A stretch of 64,000 nt of DNA, taken from NCBI GenBank assembly GCA_050575255.1, contig JBNZDD010013700.1:6189396-6253395 (forward strand). Direction: 5' to 3'. A program made the translations under genes and the position numbers. Positions within the stretch are counted from its first letter, which is position 1. Each line of letters begins with the position of its first letter. The notes beneath the pieces were generated by a model. It saw only the letters and a list, made by a program, of their open reading frames with translations, did not search any database and was not told where the DNA came from. Of the stretch, positions 12,978 through 27,109 are shown piece after piece. This DNA comes from Harriotta raleighana (taxonomy: Eukaryota).

Positions 12978-15900
12978 TGACAATTGAATATGGATGATGC
13001 AATGATAAAAAGATTCTGAATAATAAAGTGACTGGGGAGATTTTGAAAGAGGTTGAAGTTCCTGTGACAGTTGAAATTAAAGGACCAAGTGAATCTACAT
13101 TGTGTTTTGGATTAAATAACATTACATGGTGTCAGAAGTGGAAACAGCACCTGGATTGAAACTGACTGGGATGGAATAAGGATTGAAAAGCAAAATACAG
13201 AGAGAAACAGAATTAAATGTTGTACAGTATTAAGGTTATGATAGCAAGATCACTGAAGTTGGTTGGAAGTTTAAGGCACAATTGGCAAACGTTTGAAACA
13301 GATTAAAATTGTTGGACCAGCAGCAAACATAATGAAATTGTCACAGGAACAACAATCTGCAATATTTTTGAATGTAACAAGTGAGGAAGCAACAGCATAT
13401 TTTGTATCCCTAGAAAGCAGTGGACATGCCATTGAATGAAATTATGAATATGATGAAGATGTTGTGGAATAAATAATGTGATAATTGACCAATTTAAATT
13501 TGTAACAAGAAAGCAGGGACCCACAGAATAATTTAATGAGTACTGTCAGTAAAGTACTGAGATCCCTAAGTAAAAATTGCAACTATGGAACATTAAGAGA
13601 CAAAATGATACGTAACCAGATTGTAGTTGGCATAAAAACTACTAGATTAAGAGAAAAGTTTTTGAAAAAGGGGCATCTAACGTTAGAATCGTCAATGGAG
13701 ATAATAAGGAGTGAAGAGGTGACAAAAAAAAGACATGGAGAGAGAAACAGAAATGCAAATAAAATGACCTAGCCAATAGGTAAAGTTAGAATGATACAAA
13801 GAAAGAGTACGGAGTGCAGACAATATACAGGCCAAGAGGGAAGCCAAACAGAATGGACAAGTAAGGCAAATGCAGATTAGAACATCATTTGAGATGTCCT
13901 GCAGAAGGAAAATAATGCTATCAAAGCAAAAGATATGGGTATTATGCAAGATTATGCAGGAATAGACAAGAAAATGTAGGAACATATAGCAGATATAAAG
14001 CACAGGAGAAAAGTCTAACAGAAAGAAGAGTACAAGAGGTCAAATAACCTGAGGAGAACCAGAATTGGGTAAATTACATCAGGGGAATATGAAAGGAGAG
14101 ACATATATAGAATCCAGAGAAAGTGAAGAAAAAGAGGAGTACAACATTGAAGCAGTGGAACTCATAAAGAGCAAACACACAAAAGAAAAAAAAGGTATGG
14201 TATATTTATGGACAAAAGTAAGGAAAGAAATTCAGTGCAAATTAGATAGAGAAGCACAGGCTAGTGTAATGTCATGGGAAGAATATGTAAAATTGAAAGA
14301 ACCAAATAATAATAAAAATAATTCTTGCATTTGATTTAGCACTTTTCATGTTTTCTAGACATCTCAAAGCACTTCACCGAATACACTGTAAAAGTTAATT
14401 GACTATGTATATGTGGAAAAAATGGAGAAGGGGAAAGGTAAACTAATGGTGTATAACAAAGGAAAAAAAACTGTAAACAGGTTGGAGATAGAAATGATAT
14501 ACAAAGGGAGACACTAAAGAATACAAGGTGAAACAATGAAGAAATAGTAGGACATTATAAACAGATGTTCGGAATGAGAGGATTAATGAAATGAGAGTTT
14601 ACAATTAGAAGAGACAGTATCACTAGTATTTCAGTCATTAAGGAGAGTGAAAAAAAACAGAAAGAAAAATTGGACCAAAATAATTGGACCAAATGGAAAG
14701 GGACCAGATAATAAAAAGGAAGACAAACCCACTGAGTCGGTGAGTTCAGTGCTAATCACATAGAAACTAGACAAATAATTGAGGATATGTTTAGATCCAC
14801 AACAGTTAAACAGAGCTATAAAAAGGGAACATTATGCAATTCCCACTTTAGAAGATGTGCATGCATTACTACATAGAGCTAGTTACTCAGATTGTTCCAC
14901 AGGGCATTGGCAAGTCAAATTGTCAACAGATAGTATGTATTTGACAACATTTGTGAAACCGTATGAGATATATTGCTTCCAAAGAATGCTCTTTGGAATC
15001 AATCAGCACTAAAGGTCTTTCAGAAAAAAATTGGCACAAATATTGGAAGAAATCCAGGAGTAATCAATTATATTGATGATATTTTGATATGTGGTAAAAC
15101 ACAAAAGAAACATAATGAAAGGTTGGAGAAGGTATTTTTAAAATGTTTTGAAAAAAATATAAAGTTAAACAAAGAAAAATGCAGGATAGAGGTAACTGAC
15201 AAGGGATAAAAATTGATCTGCAAAAGGTAATAGCAATAACCAAAATGCCCGCTCTGATAGATAAAAAGGTGTAAAAAGGCTCATGGGAATGGTCAAAGGG
15301 GTGTCGCTGTTTATAACCTAAGTAACAGAAATAATGGAGCCAATAAGGGAGCTGATAAAAGAAACAAGAAAGTTGATATGGAAAAAAGAACAGATAAAAC
15401 CATTTCAGCAAATAAAAGAGCCTATAAGTAAAGCCCCAGTGTCGAAATTCTGTGATATACATGCGGCAGTTCAAATATCTGTGGATGCAAGTAAAATAGG
15501 ATTAGAAGCAACATAAACTCAAGAAGAAAAAAACTGTGGCAAATGCATTGTGGGCTCTATCAGAGACAGAAAAAAAATGCCTACATAGAGAAGGAGTATT
15601 TAGAAGCAGTATTTGGATGCAAAAGATTTAAACAGTTTGCATTTGGAAAGAAAGTAAAAATCAAAAATGATCGCAAACTATTGGAGATAATTTTTTCAGA
15701 AGGGACTAAAGAAAACACAGCTTAGGTTACAGAGAATACAAATACAGCTGCACAGATGCAATGTAGAGTTTAGACATGAGCCAGAAAATACCTTTTACGT
15801 GGCAGATACACTAAATAGAGTCGCATGCAAAAATGGGAACGTATATGGAGGATAAACAATTAGAAACGGAGTTCCAAGTGTGGAAATCACAAAAGCAACA

Positions 15901-17243
15901 AGACTTGAGAATGAAATAATAGAAGTAAACATAAGTGATAGAGTGAGTAAGGAAATTCAAACAATGCTGAACAAAGGTTGGCTAGAAAATAGAAAAGTTG
16001 CACCAGAGTACAACCATATTGGAATAAATGAAATGATACAGACAAAGGAGTAATATATAGAGGGCCTAAGACAATAATTCCAAGACAGTTAAGACATTTC
16101 TTTTTGAGAAACTTGCATGAAGGCCATTGCAGAATAGAAATAGTGAGAGCAAGAGAAATAGTATTTTGCCTAGGCATAAGCAAACAAATTGAGGACTACA
16201 TGGGGAATATGAGACATGTGCAAGACATCAATAGAGAAAGGCATGAACCTTTAATGGAGCATCAAAGATCAAACACAGCATGAACAAAAATAAGATTTGT
16301 TCTGTTATAATGGGAAAGATTATTTATTGATAGTGGACTATATCTCAAAGTACAGTGAATATGCAGAATTAAATGATACAACTGCAAAAACTGTGATAGA
16401 CAAGACTAAAGAAATATTAGCCAGGCATGGAATACCTAAGTAATTAGTAAGCGATAATGGACCACAATTCGTGAGTGATGAATATTAAAAATTTACAAAA
16501 CTGGGTCATAGACCACAGAACCTCATCACTAGGATATCCACAAAGCAATGGGATAGTGGAAAGAACAGTATACTGACAATAAAGAAAATGTAGAAGAAAG
16601 CTGAGGAATCAAAGAAAGATAAATATTTGGCATTACTAGCCCACATAAATATGATAGATGACCAGGGGCAGTCACCAGCACAGATATGATGGATTAATAT
16701 GGGAGAAAATAAATTTGAGACCATAGGTACAGAAGACAACAAAATTGGAAGAAACAAGGGCAAGAGCCACAGAAAAAAAAACTTTAAAAAAAGAGGAAAC
16801 TATATGGTTTCAGAGAAAAAAGTTTAAAAACGAAAGGCTGGATCAAAGGAAAAATTGGGGAGAAAGATAAGAACCCCAGATCTCATTGGATAAAAGATAA
16901 AATGGGAACGATATATAGACAAACATCATCGTAGATGAAAACAAAGAACAAAAAATAAATACAGTAGAAAAAGGAAAAACATAAGGAAGAGCAAGGAATG
17001 TCAGAAACTGTGTGAACAACCAGTTGCTGAAGAGAAAAATAAAGATCTCAAAGAATCATAGAACAACATTAAAAAAGAGAGAAAAAACTAAAAGAAGAAA
17101 GATGGTTCATATTGCTTAAGATCTAAGTGGCAATTGAATATGGATGATGCAAGGATAAAAGGATTTGGGGAGTGATCTGGGAGATTTTGATTTGTAAAGT
17201 TGAAATTAAAAGATTGATTGTGTTTGGAGTAAATAACATTATA
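12978..17243 (+). mobile_element. Decayed full-length Ty3/Gypsy (Mag-like) LTR retrotransposon
   Basis: Direct repeats at ~12978-13126 and ~17128-17243. PBS TGGTGTCAGAAGTGG at 13127-13141. Remnants of gag (CNYGTLRDKMIRNQIVVG), RT (RICLDPQQLNRAIKREHY, YIDDILI), RNase H (VDASKIGL) and integrase (LHEGH, SDNGPQF) occur in Gypsy order with many stops. A SINE is inserted at ~14300-14420. Confidence 0.9.
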
Positions 17244-19699
17244 TTATCTGTGAATGACAGGCTTCTCAACGGGTTTGGGCTTGGAATCATGACAGTTGGG
17301 AAACAGACAACTGACAGACAGACAACAGATTATTCTCTTATTCAAGAGAATAATCAGATGGAATTGCTTGGGCAACAAATACAATTACAATTGTAATATC
17401 AATAAAGAAAATGATAAATGCATTTCACCACATCAGCAGCAGCCTAGTTCAGCTGGAAGCAATCTTCCTTCAGGATTAGAAGCCTGTGGGCTGAGTCTAT
17501 TGCCAGAAACAGACTCCCGAGTTGATGCTGAAGCTCCAGTTAAGGACTACAGAGAGTGCTGAAGTGTCAAATGTGACAGTAAACTAATATGCTATCCGCC
17601 TACTCTTCAGATATTCGTAAAGAATCCTGAGCACTACTTAAGAGAGTGTGACTTCTTTTGGAGTTCCAACAACCTTATAAATTGTACATTCAGTACAATA
17701 TTTTACATTCATAAGATGTCTCAAAGTGCTGGGATCCCTAACTGGTTGGGGGTGAGAGATGAGGTGGGTGATGAGTGGAAAAACAACTGAAAGCATAGTT
17801 GTGGAAGTACATTTCGAAATGTGCCTTGAATGAGGGAAGAGAGGGAGTTGGAGAGATGACAGGATGAAGTACCAGAGAAAAAGGGCAAAATAGCTGACTT
17901 TAGTGAGGAGATAGGGTGGGTGAAATCAAGCAGACCAGTGTTCGCCAGACAAAAGGAGTAGCCAGGTCAGTATAATTAAAAGACTTCACAGAGGTAGAGT
18001 GGGGAGAGATGGTGGAGGGATTTGAACATGAAAACAAGGATCTTGAATTCAACCCGCTGGGGGTTGGGGAGCCAGTGGAACCAGAGCAAGGGTGCAGATG
18101 AAGTTGTTGCATGTTCTTTCTGGGGATTTGCTATGTTTGCTACAAAAATGAATAATTAGACATGACAATAATCACTGCGAAGCATTTGATGTTGAAGATC
18201 TACAAAAGTATATGTTCTTCATTAAGAACCAGAATTGCAGCTGCACAGCTGAAGAAATACTGACATCTATTGGCGAATTTGAGACTATCATTCTCACAGT
18301 GAACTCAGTCAGATACTGGAAAACTGACCGAGATCTGACACTGAAAATGAGAAGTGTCATTCATTACTTTGCTGGAGTAAATATTCATGTTATTAATCAG
18401 GGCAGCTCAACACAAACTGTTTTTTTCCCAGGTTGTTTCTAATCATTAGTTTTAAAGCACAGTACATAACAACAAGGAGGAAGTACTGTCTCCTTGATAT
18501 TGAGAATAACAATAATCCTTACATTTGATAAACTACCTTTCACGTCAGGAAGAAATGATATGCATTTTACAGGATTTGCTGTAAAGTGTAGTGATTATAT
18601 ATTATCCAAGGGATTGTTGGCCAGGATACCAGAAGAAACTCTCTTATCTTTTCAAATAGTGCAATAAGAATTCTAACATCCACCTTAACAGGCAGAAAGG
18701 ACCTTGATTTAACATCTCATAATTACTAGTTTAAAGAACTAGACCTGATAAACTGGAGAATGTTTTTCTATGTTTAAACTGTTCATCAGATTCCACAGAA
18801 CATAATTATAATCCTTGCATTGATGTAGCGCCTTATCAAGTCATCGAGAGTTCTCAAAGAGCTTCACAGAATATTCCGTGAAGTGAATTGACTTTACATT
18901 TTGTGGGCAAAACAAGACAGCCAATTGCACACATCAGTGTCCTACTGTCATGGATTGAGTGACTAAATTATTATTACTAATGTTTTTATTTGAAAGGATT
19001 ATTATTACTTCTTTGAAAGGATTACTACCTCCGGAAAGCAATCCACCAATCATCTAACAACTGAGTTCCTACTTACTCCTGGAAAACAGAATTGTGTGAA
19101 GTAAGGAAACTAAGGTATTCTCACTACCTGGGAATCAAAACCCAGATCCTCTAGCATGTGAGGTAACCAATATGCTACAGGACTCCACGAATGAGCATCT
19201 ATTTTCTTAACCCTTGCATACACTCGTAGTTTGCTTGGAAGTCTCAAATGACAACTTTTGTTATCCAAACATAAATGTTCACAAAACTAGAACATTCTAT
19301 TCAGAAGTGGCAAACATTTATATTTGCTATAAAAGGAGGAGTCATGAAAAGCCATTTCTCACTGTGGGTCTTAGTTCTTCAAAAGCTACCAGGATTGATT
19401 CATTTACATGGAGTCTGTTGAAAATATAGACTTCATGAGGAGGTAGGTGTATCCATGAATTCAAAGGCAATTAGATAGCTACAGTATAAATAATGCCATA
19501 TAAAATATAGCCCAATGTATGATACATACTTGTTATTTTTCAATTTGAGAGTGGTCAAATAGACTTCAATTTCATTTCTCCCCCTGTTTTTTACTATGTG
19601 CAGCACAATACTGCCAGCAATAAAAGCTACTATCAGCCTCAATGTTGTAATGTAATTGAGGCATGATGGAAATCATGCAGATGTGGATTGAAGTATTTT

Positions 19700-20052
19700 A
19701 GTGGATAGAGCACTCACCTTATAAGAAAGAGGGCCTGGATTTGATTCCAAGGCAGGGCAAAACATTGGACAAGTTTCCTTACTCCAAACACCTCTATTTA
19801 CTTAGCAAATTTGTTAGAAAATAGGCAGAATGCTTTTCCAGAGGTAATAATCCCTTCAAAAAGTAAATCAATGAATAAATAATGTGATCACTCAATCCAC
19901 ATCTGTTTGCAAGACACTGCTGTGCATAATTGGCTACCGCATTTCACCCACAAAATTTACAATAAATTCATTTTACAATATATACTGTGAATTGCTTTGA
20001 GACATCTTGAAGATGTGATAAGTCACTATATCAAATGCAATGTTATTATATT
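19700..20052 (+). mobile_element. tRNA-derived SINE
   Basis: Head remnant (agagcactcaccttataag...gattccaagg), Deu-like core and tail tatcaaatgcaa. Confidence 0.7.
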
Positions 20053-20465
20053 CTTATTTATGCAACACTTAGATTCAAGGGAAATGTCTATCTTCTCCCT
20101 TTTAACTTGCAGGTATGTTTAACTCTCAACTATCATGTAGAGTGGAAAATTTAAGATGTAAGTCTAGCTCAGTTGGTAGAAATCGTGCTTCTGAGGAAGA
20201 GAGTTTCTGTTTTAATTCCCCACATGAAGATTTTGTGTTCACAGTCAAGGTCAATCTTGCACTGCAGGCCTGTGGGAGTGTTGCATTGCCAGATGTACTA
20301 CATTATTTATTATTGTTATTACTACATTTACTATTATTAAACGTCCTCCCTCTATAATCTGCAGATCATTCACAACTCTGCAGTGCATGTCCTCTCCCGC
20401 ACTAGGTCCCATGACACTTTCACCCCCACCCTCACCTGATTCACTAGCTCCCCATTCCCCAGAGG

Positions 20466-22240
20466 ATACACAACAATAAAATTTGAGTTTTTGTAGAGCC
20501 TTTTACATCGGGAGGATGTTCCAAAGCGCTGGATAGACAATATTTTGGATCCAACCTGGAGGTTGGGATTTCGGAGATTAGTTAGCAGGGATGGGGGGAA
20601 GGAGGTTGATTGAAAGCACGGTCAAAGAGGACGAAGCTGAGATGGGTCTTGAAAGAAGCAGACTATGGGATGGAGTTCCAGAGATTGAGGACAGATTGGC
20701 TGAAGGCCCACTTGCCAATGGTGGAGCGGGCTTGATGGGGGACATGCAGTAGGCCGGAGTCCACTGAGCAGAGGGAGCAGGCGTGTTGGTAGGTGGTTTG
20801 AAGATCTCAGAGATAGAGGGTAGCGAGGCCATGGAAGGCTTTGAAGTTGAGAACCAGGACCTTGAACTGTATCCACTGTGTGATGGGATGCCAGTGGAGT
20901 CCGGTGAGGATGGGGGTGATGGGGTCATGGAGCCTAATGCAGGAAGAGATATGGGCTGCAAAGTTCTGGATTATCTGCAGCCTGTGGAGAGGGGGATTGG
21001 GGAGGCTGACAAGCAAGGAATTTGCCCAGTAGAGCCCTGGATGTTACAAATGCATGTATGAGAGTATCAGCGGCCTGCGGTGTGAGACATTGACGGGACT
21101 GAGCAATGTTGCAGAGGTGAGGAAAGGCAGGACAGGTGATGGCACGGATGTAGGGTAGAAAAGATAATTGAGGATCAAACAAGACCCCAAGTTTCCGGAC
21201 AGGCTTAGTAGCATTCTGTCAAGATAGTAGTGGTACTATATCTCCCCAGATATACACCTGGTTTTCCTTCTCTCTTCCTCCTACTCCAACCCCTCCCCTT
21301 GCCCTCTTTCCCCCTTTCATCCCTGGCCCTCTCGCTTCCATGACTGTTTGTGGGACACTGCTGTGCGCAATTTGGCTGCCGCGTTTCGCCCACAAATATA
21401 CAGTCAGTTTTTTTTCCTGCTTTTCTTCCCCCGACCCCTCCCCCCACTTGACTGTACAGCGCCTTGGGACGTCCTCCTGACGTGAAAGGCGCTATATAAA
21501 TATAATATATAAATATTTTTAAAAAAAAAAAATACTAGAGTCAAGGGTTGAGGCAGAGAAATACGGCTGGGTCTCAGCCTCATAGATGTGGAATTTGACC
21601 CCATGTCTTCGGATGATGTCACCAAGAGGGAGCATATACATGTTAAAGAGGAGGGACCAAGGAAGGAGCCCTGATGGTGCGGGGGCTAGAGGACACACTA
21701 TTTGTGAAGCTGATGTGAGAGGTACGAACTGAACCATTCAAGGACAGAACCATTAAGCTTGAGGTGAAATGGGAGATGATGGATGAGGATAGAGTTGTCG
21801 AAGGTGTCCATGATATTTAGGGAAACACACAATATATTTTCTTTTGTAAATTTTATTTAAAGTTTTGGTTTGCATGCAGTGGCATAACAATAGGATAAGG
21901 CCACCATCAGCTATGACAAGGATACATGATTCATGAAAAATATTAGCAGTTGGCGAGAACAGAAAGACCTGTTGAATTTATGTTGGAGGAAAGTGGAGGG
22001 GTTAAGAAACAGAAAGTCAAAATCTTTCTGATGACCTTTTGCATGTTTCAAGCAAATTAGTTAATTCTTAATATAAAAGAGATTCTAGACCATAGCTTTG
22101 TAAGAAGGCAGCAGAGAGATCAAGGAGGACAAGGAGGCAGAGGGAGTTCTGGTCGCAGATGGACAGAATGTCATTTGTCACTTTTACCAGAGCTGTTTCT
22201 GTGCTGTGGGTGGCACAAAAACCTGAATAAATGGATCTCA
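20466..22240 (-). mobile_element. Fragmented L2 LINE interrupted by a SINE-like insert (~21230-21520)
   Basis: [41 protein letters not shown] and SGFCATHSTETALVKVTND occur in collinear order. Confidence 0.82.
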
Positions 22241-24029
22241 AAATGGATCTCATAGATTTCAAAATGCTCAGCATTGCCTTCACAGCCCTCCATGGTCTTG
22301 CTCCTTCCTACCTCTGTGATCCCAGTTAACCCCATCTCAACCTGGCCACTCCCTCCGCTCAGCCTGCCCCATGTCCCTCGACTGGGCCATCCCACTATTG
22401 GCGGTCAGGCCCTCAGTTTCTCTGCCCCTGACTTTTAGTACTCCATCTCATAGTTCCTTTGCCCTGATTCCTCCCTTGCCTCCTTCAAAGCACATCAACC
22501 ATGCATTCAGTCACTCTCCTCCACCCATCCTCCACCCTTCCTGATTGCAACCTTTTCCTTGAGTCTAAATCCCTGACTGTGCATTGGGACATCGTCCCAA
22601 CCTGATAGGTGCTATGCAAATGTAATTTTTTTGTTTGCTATTGTTGTTGGTGGATGTCTGCCTGTTCAGGTGGATGTAATAGATCCCATACTAACAGAGA
22701 AGGGAATTTTCTTCCTCCAGATGATCAACTGATCATTAGTTTTACTTCTGTTTAATGGACCTTGCTGTGTACACATTGATACATGTGAAATACGATGGGA
22801 TGTTTTGAAGCTAAAGGCACTATACTATCTCAAATGTAACAATTATTAAAAATTGAAGAGTTTATGTGCAACAAAGAGTTGCCTTCGTTCATCTGTCTTT
22901 AAATTCCATTTTTAATTCCACTAAGACTGTACAGTCACCTCCTGCTCCTCTTTTTCCTTGCTCGGTGTCTAATCCATCATTGTGCAATGCTCTGAGATGC
23001 TGTATGACATGCAGGGTGCTACATAAATACAAATTGTTGTTGTGGATATATTGCTCCACATTACACTGTGAGTGTGGATGTCAAGTTCTCAATGCATCGC
23101 AGAGTGAGAAACTGGTGAGAAACTGCCTTAAATGTGACTTCAGGGGCTATTATTTGGATCATTTAAAGTAGACCATCAAACAAACAAAAACATGTCTTTA
23201 CACAAAAATAAAACAGACAGCCAGAAACAAATCTAGTTGAAATAGAAATTTGGACCATGACCTTAAAAGGATCACAAACTAATAATTACTTATATTAGGA
23301 AGTAATTACTACAATGACTTATGGGGTTTCAGCTTCCTTATTACTGTATTTACTTATTTATTATTATTTATTTATAAGCATGATCTATCCATAGAAATAA
23401 ATATTTTGAAAAATTTCAACTGGAGTACGCCAGATTTTTGTTTGAATGCAGTGTCAGTATGAAAGAGGTCTACAATCCTTCCTATCATTTGGTATCTTTC
23501 ACCAAAAACAACACAGGAAGCCAATGTTTAGAAACCCCAATCATGAGATAACTGACTGATTTAAAGGGAAACAAAGTACGCCATATAGGAGTGGAGTCGC
23601 ATCTTTTAACTACAGCACTCCAGGCCAAATAATTATAAATGCATTACAACAACAACAACAAAATTGCACTTCTTTCGCGCCTTTCACATCGGGAGGATGT
23701 CTCAAAGCACATTAATCCTGGAACCACATTTTTCAGTGGCACTGGAAGCAAGGTCAACTTCTTGTTGTCTCTTTTCTACCAGATGGAACTGCAAACCTCA
23801 TCTATCAAACTGAACAAAGAACTCTATTATTCAAGAACCATCCAGCAATAAGACAGCTTTGAATTTTTTATAAAGAATGTTTATTAGATATTTTTCTTCC
23901 AATTTCCTTCCCTAAACTCCTTTTCATGTGAAGGCATTTGACTCCTTTATTCCCTTTTAACAGGGTTCAATTTCACAGGCTCCAATACCTTGTCGAGGTA
24001 GCCATTATAATAACAATGCCTGTATTTGC

Positions 24030-24390
24030 TATAGAGCCTTATCACATGTTTGATAAGATAGTTTTTCTGGGTGAAACATGGCATCCAATTGTGCACAGCA
24101 GCAATCTAACACTTTTAGATGTGTGTGTATATGTCTACATCTATATCAGGTGAGGATACAATGGGATACATTGCGTGACCAAATTATTTATTTATTGTAT
24201 TTTTTTTTGAAGGGATTACTACGGTTGGAAAAGAGACCTGCCAATTGACTAACAACAGGGTTGCTATTTACTGCTAGAACAACAGAGGCATGTGAAATAA
24301 AGAAACTTGCCCAATGGTTCACCCTGATCAGGAATCAAATCCAGATCTTCTCACTTGTGAGGCGAGTGCTCTAAGCACTAAGTTACAATA
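24030..24390 (-). mobile_element. tRNA-derived SINE with a foreign 58-bp insert
   Basis: Head at ~24330-24390 (tcacttgtgaggcgagtgctctaa on +). The core is disrupted at 24108-24165. Confidence 0.7.
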
Positions 24391-27109
24391 CACCACACTC
24401 CATAAGGTAAGTGTTGGCTATTCAGCCATCAAAGAGAATTTAAATATTAACCAATTGCAAAACAAACATCCAATCTAGTGCCATAAATTTACAAAATAAT
24501 ATTTATTTCACCTCAGTGGTCAGAAATTGGTGGTGCAAGGTTCCTGAGAAGAAAATGTACTTCGTTGGAAAGAAGCACTTTGGGTTGTTATTTATTCAAT
24601 TGTTCCATAAGTAAGTTAAAGAAACCCTTAGGGAACATTCAATTTTTTATTCTGCAGTGTCAGGGTTTTAAAATCCTAAATTCACAATCTGTGCTTGGAA
24701 CTATTTATCCAGGATTGGTCCCAACTAATTTAAATTCCTCACAAATTATACTTTGACTGGCTAATTTTCTCACGTTATTCCAGGATATAATGAAACCAAA
24801 GTTATTATTTAGTTTCTCCGACCCGAAAAGATAGATCAACCATTTTATTATTTAGAGGTAAACGTGGGCTAAGCCATTTATATATCATAGTGAACTACTG
24901 AATCAATGGGTCGGAAGGTATGAGTGTTCATGATAAACACTTTTAGATGTGTGTGTATATGTCTACATCTATATCAGGTGAGGATACAATGGGGTTAACA
25001 GTGGGGGTCCAAACCTGTAGATTGCTGGCCAATAAGTTATTTTTTAGGTCCCACTACTGCCTGATAGGCTCACCTGGGAAGAATAGAGTTGTATGATAGT
25101 GGCATTATGATCCTAATCACAAGATTACAAAATTGGTCTGAATGAAGAAGGCCATTCAGCCCATCTGTTCTCATCTATGAAGCACTTTGAGATGTCTTGA
25201 AGATGTGATAAGGCGCTATATCAAATGCAAGGATTTAAAAAATTATTATTATAATCCTTACCAAATACATACCCTACCATGGTTGAATCTCAGAGAATCA
25301 AACTCAGTTGGTTTGTGGTTGGGAGGGACAGGCCAATGCTACTCCATTCTGAAATAAATCCTAATTCCTTGGCGAGTGCCAGTGGCCTTTTCTATCCATT
25401 TCTATTAGAACATGATTTTTAATGGATGCCAGTACATATATACAATATTGATTTCAGATGTGGCTTGAAGATAATATTGACTAGAAGTATACCTAGAAGT
25501 ATATCAAATGCAAATACATTAACTGAGTTAGCAAATGTAGGCTTGGTAACATCAGTAAACTTTAATATGTTGAATAGTAGAAAAATCATCACCTCTATTA
25601 TATTATGTCATTTGGGGTTTTGAAGTGAGTTAACATAATCATTGTGAGGTGTTTATTTATACACAAAGAAGATATAGTCATTAAGAGAGATGGAGAGAAA
25701 AAATGGACATAGGTATTATTAAGAATAACAAATTGCATTGAAATAGCATACATCATGTGGGGTAGCATCTGGGAGCACTGATCATGGATCATTGGTTATT
25801 CACAGAAATGAGGCCAATGAGGTTATCTCCTTCCGAGGCACATCCATATTCAGGGACTTGCAAGATTTCAATAGTTACAAATCCTTTCTGAATCCTGTTG
25901 AGAATACCAGTCTTTCAACCCCAATGTGAAACTCTTAACAACAAGGCTAATCAAATACTGGATTGCATCTCGAAGCCCTTTGAATCTAAATGGGAAGACA
26001 TTATTCCAACATCTGAAAGATTACTGATGAGGGCAAAAAGAAAACATGACTTGCCGGAACAGGCCACAGTGGCTTTCTGTGGAGCTCAATATCATTCATT
26101 TTGTTCTTCCAGATTAAATTTTGGTTCATTTCTTTTAAACAAAACAATTATTGCTTTGTAGATATTTAACAGATTGTACACTGCTTTTCAATGTGACACA
26201 GAGTGAAAGACTAGTGCTGTATTTTGGAGCATGACAAATCTAAAAAGAATCAATGCTTGCTATAATAGGGTGGTCCCATCTACAGATGCCAGGTCATTGA
26301 ATAAAAATGTCCTACTTCAAAGCCAAGGATTCAGCAAACTGAGACTTTCGCTGACATTCCCATAAAAAGCTACATTTGTTGCACAGACTAAACCCCTGCC
26401 TTTCTTGCCATTGTCTTTGAATGTTTCTATTTTTTGTCAGAGGTTTGTATCTACTGTACTGTTAATTTTGTTCCGCAAAACATAAGTGTTGCATGTTCCC
26501 ATAGGCTTTTAGAGCTTTTGACATCAAGCAAGAAGTTTGTGTGATTCAAAATACTGTACACTTTAGACTGTCACTGTGTTTCATAGCAGATGTCATAGTG
26601 TAACAGTATTCTTTTCTATACTCTCTTTCATTCCTTTTGAAGACATTGATGTCCTTTACATCTAATGCAAAGTTCCATCAATTCACATTTTTTACATCAT
26701 ATTATTTTCTCCAAATATTGAATAATGAATATTGTAAATTGAAATTAGCAAAATGTATGGAATGATGGGACATTTTCTTATTCACCTCATTCTTTGAGTA
26801 AACTGAGAATAAATTATAACATCCAGTACACTTAATACATGTGTACAGAAATGGATCTGTAATTCTACAGGGATTCAATTTAAAACTCTTTGAATTTAAT
26901 CCTTAGTGCTGGAATATCATTAAGTGGTATATTGTAGAAAATTACTACAAACTCTTAGCTAAATTACATTTATAGTCAGTGAAATATTTATATGTTTGAA
27001 AGAGATGTGCAATTGCAATGGACACTGTGCTGGAATTGTACAAACTTTCTTTATTGGTACACTTATAAGTAGTATATAATTAAGTGAAATCTATTGTTTA
27101 TACACAGCG

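Noticed and set aside
18172-18442. Possible host exon in unique sequence
   Set aside because: It has no recognisable protein motif and no convincing splice pair. The same holds for the other short ORFs in 1-41 kb.
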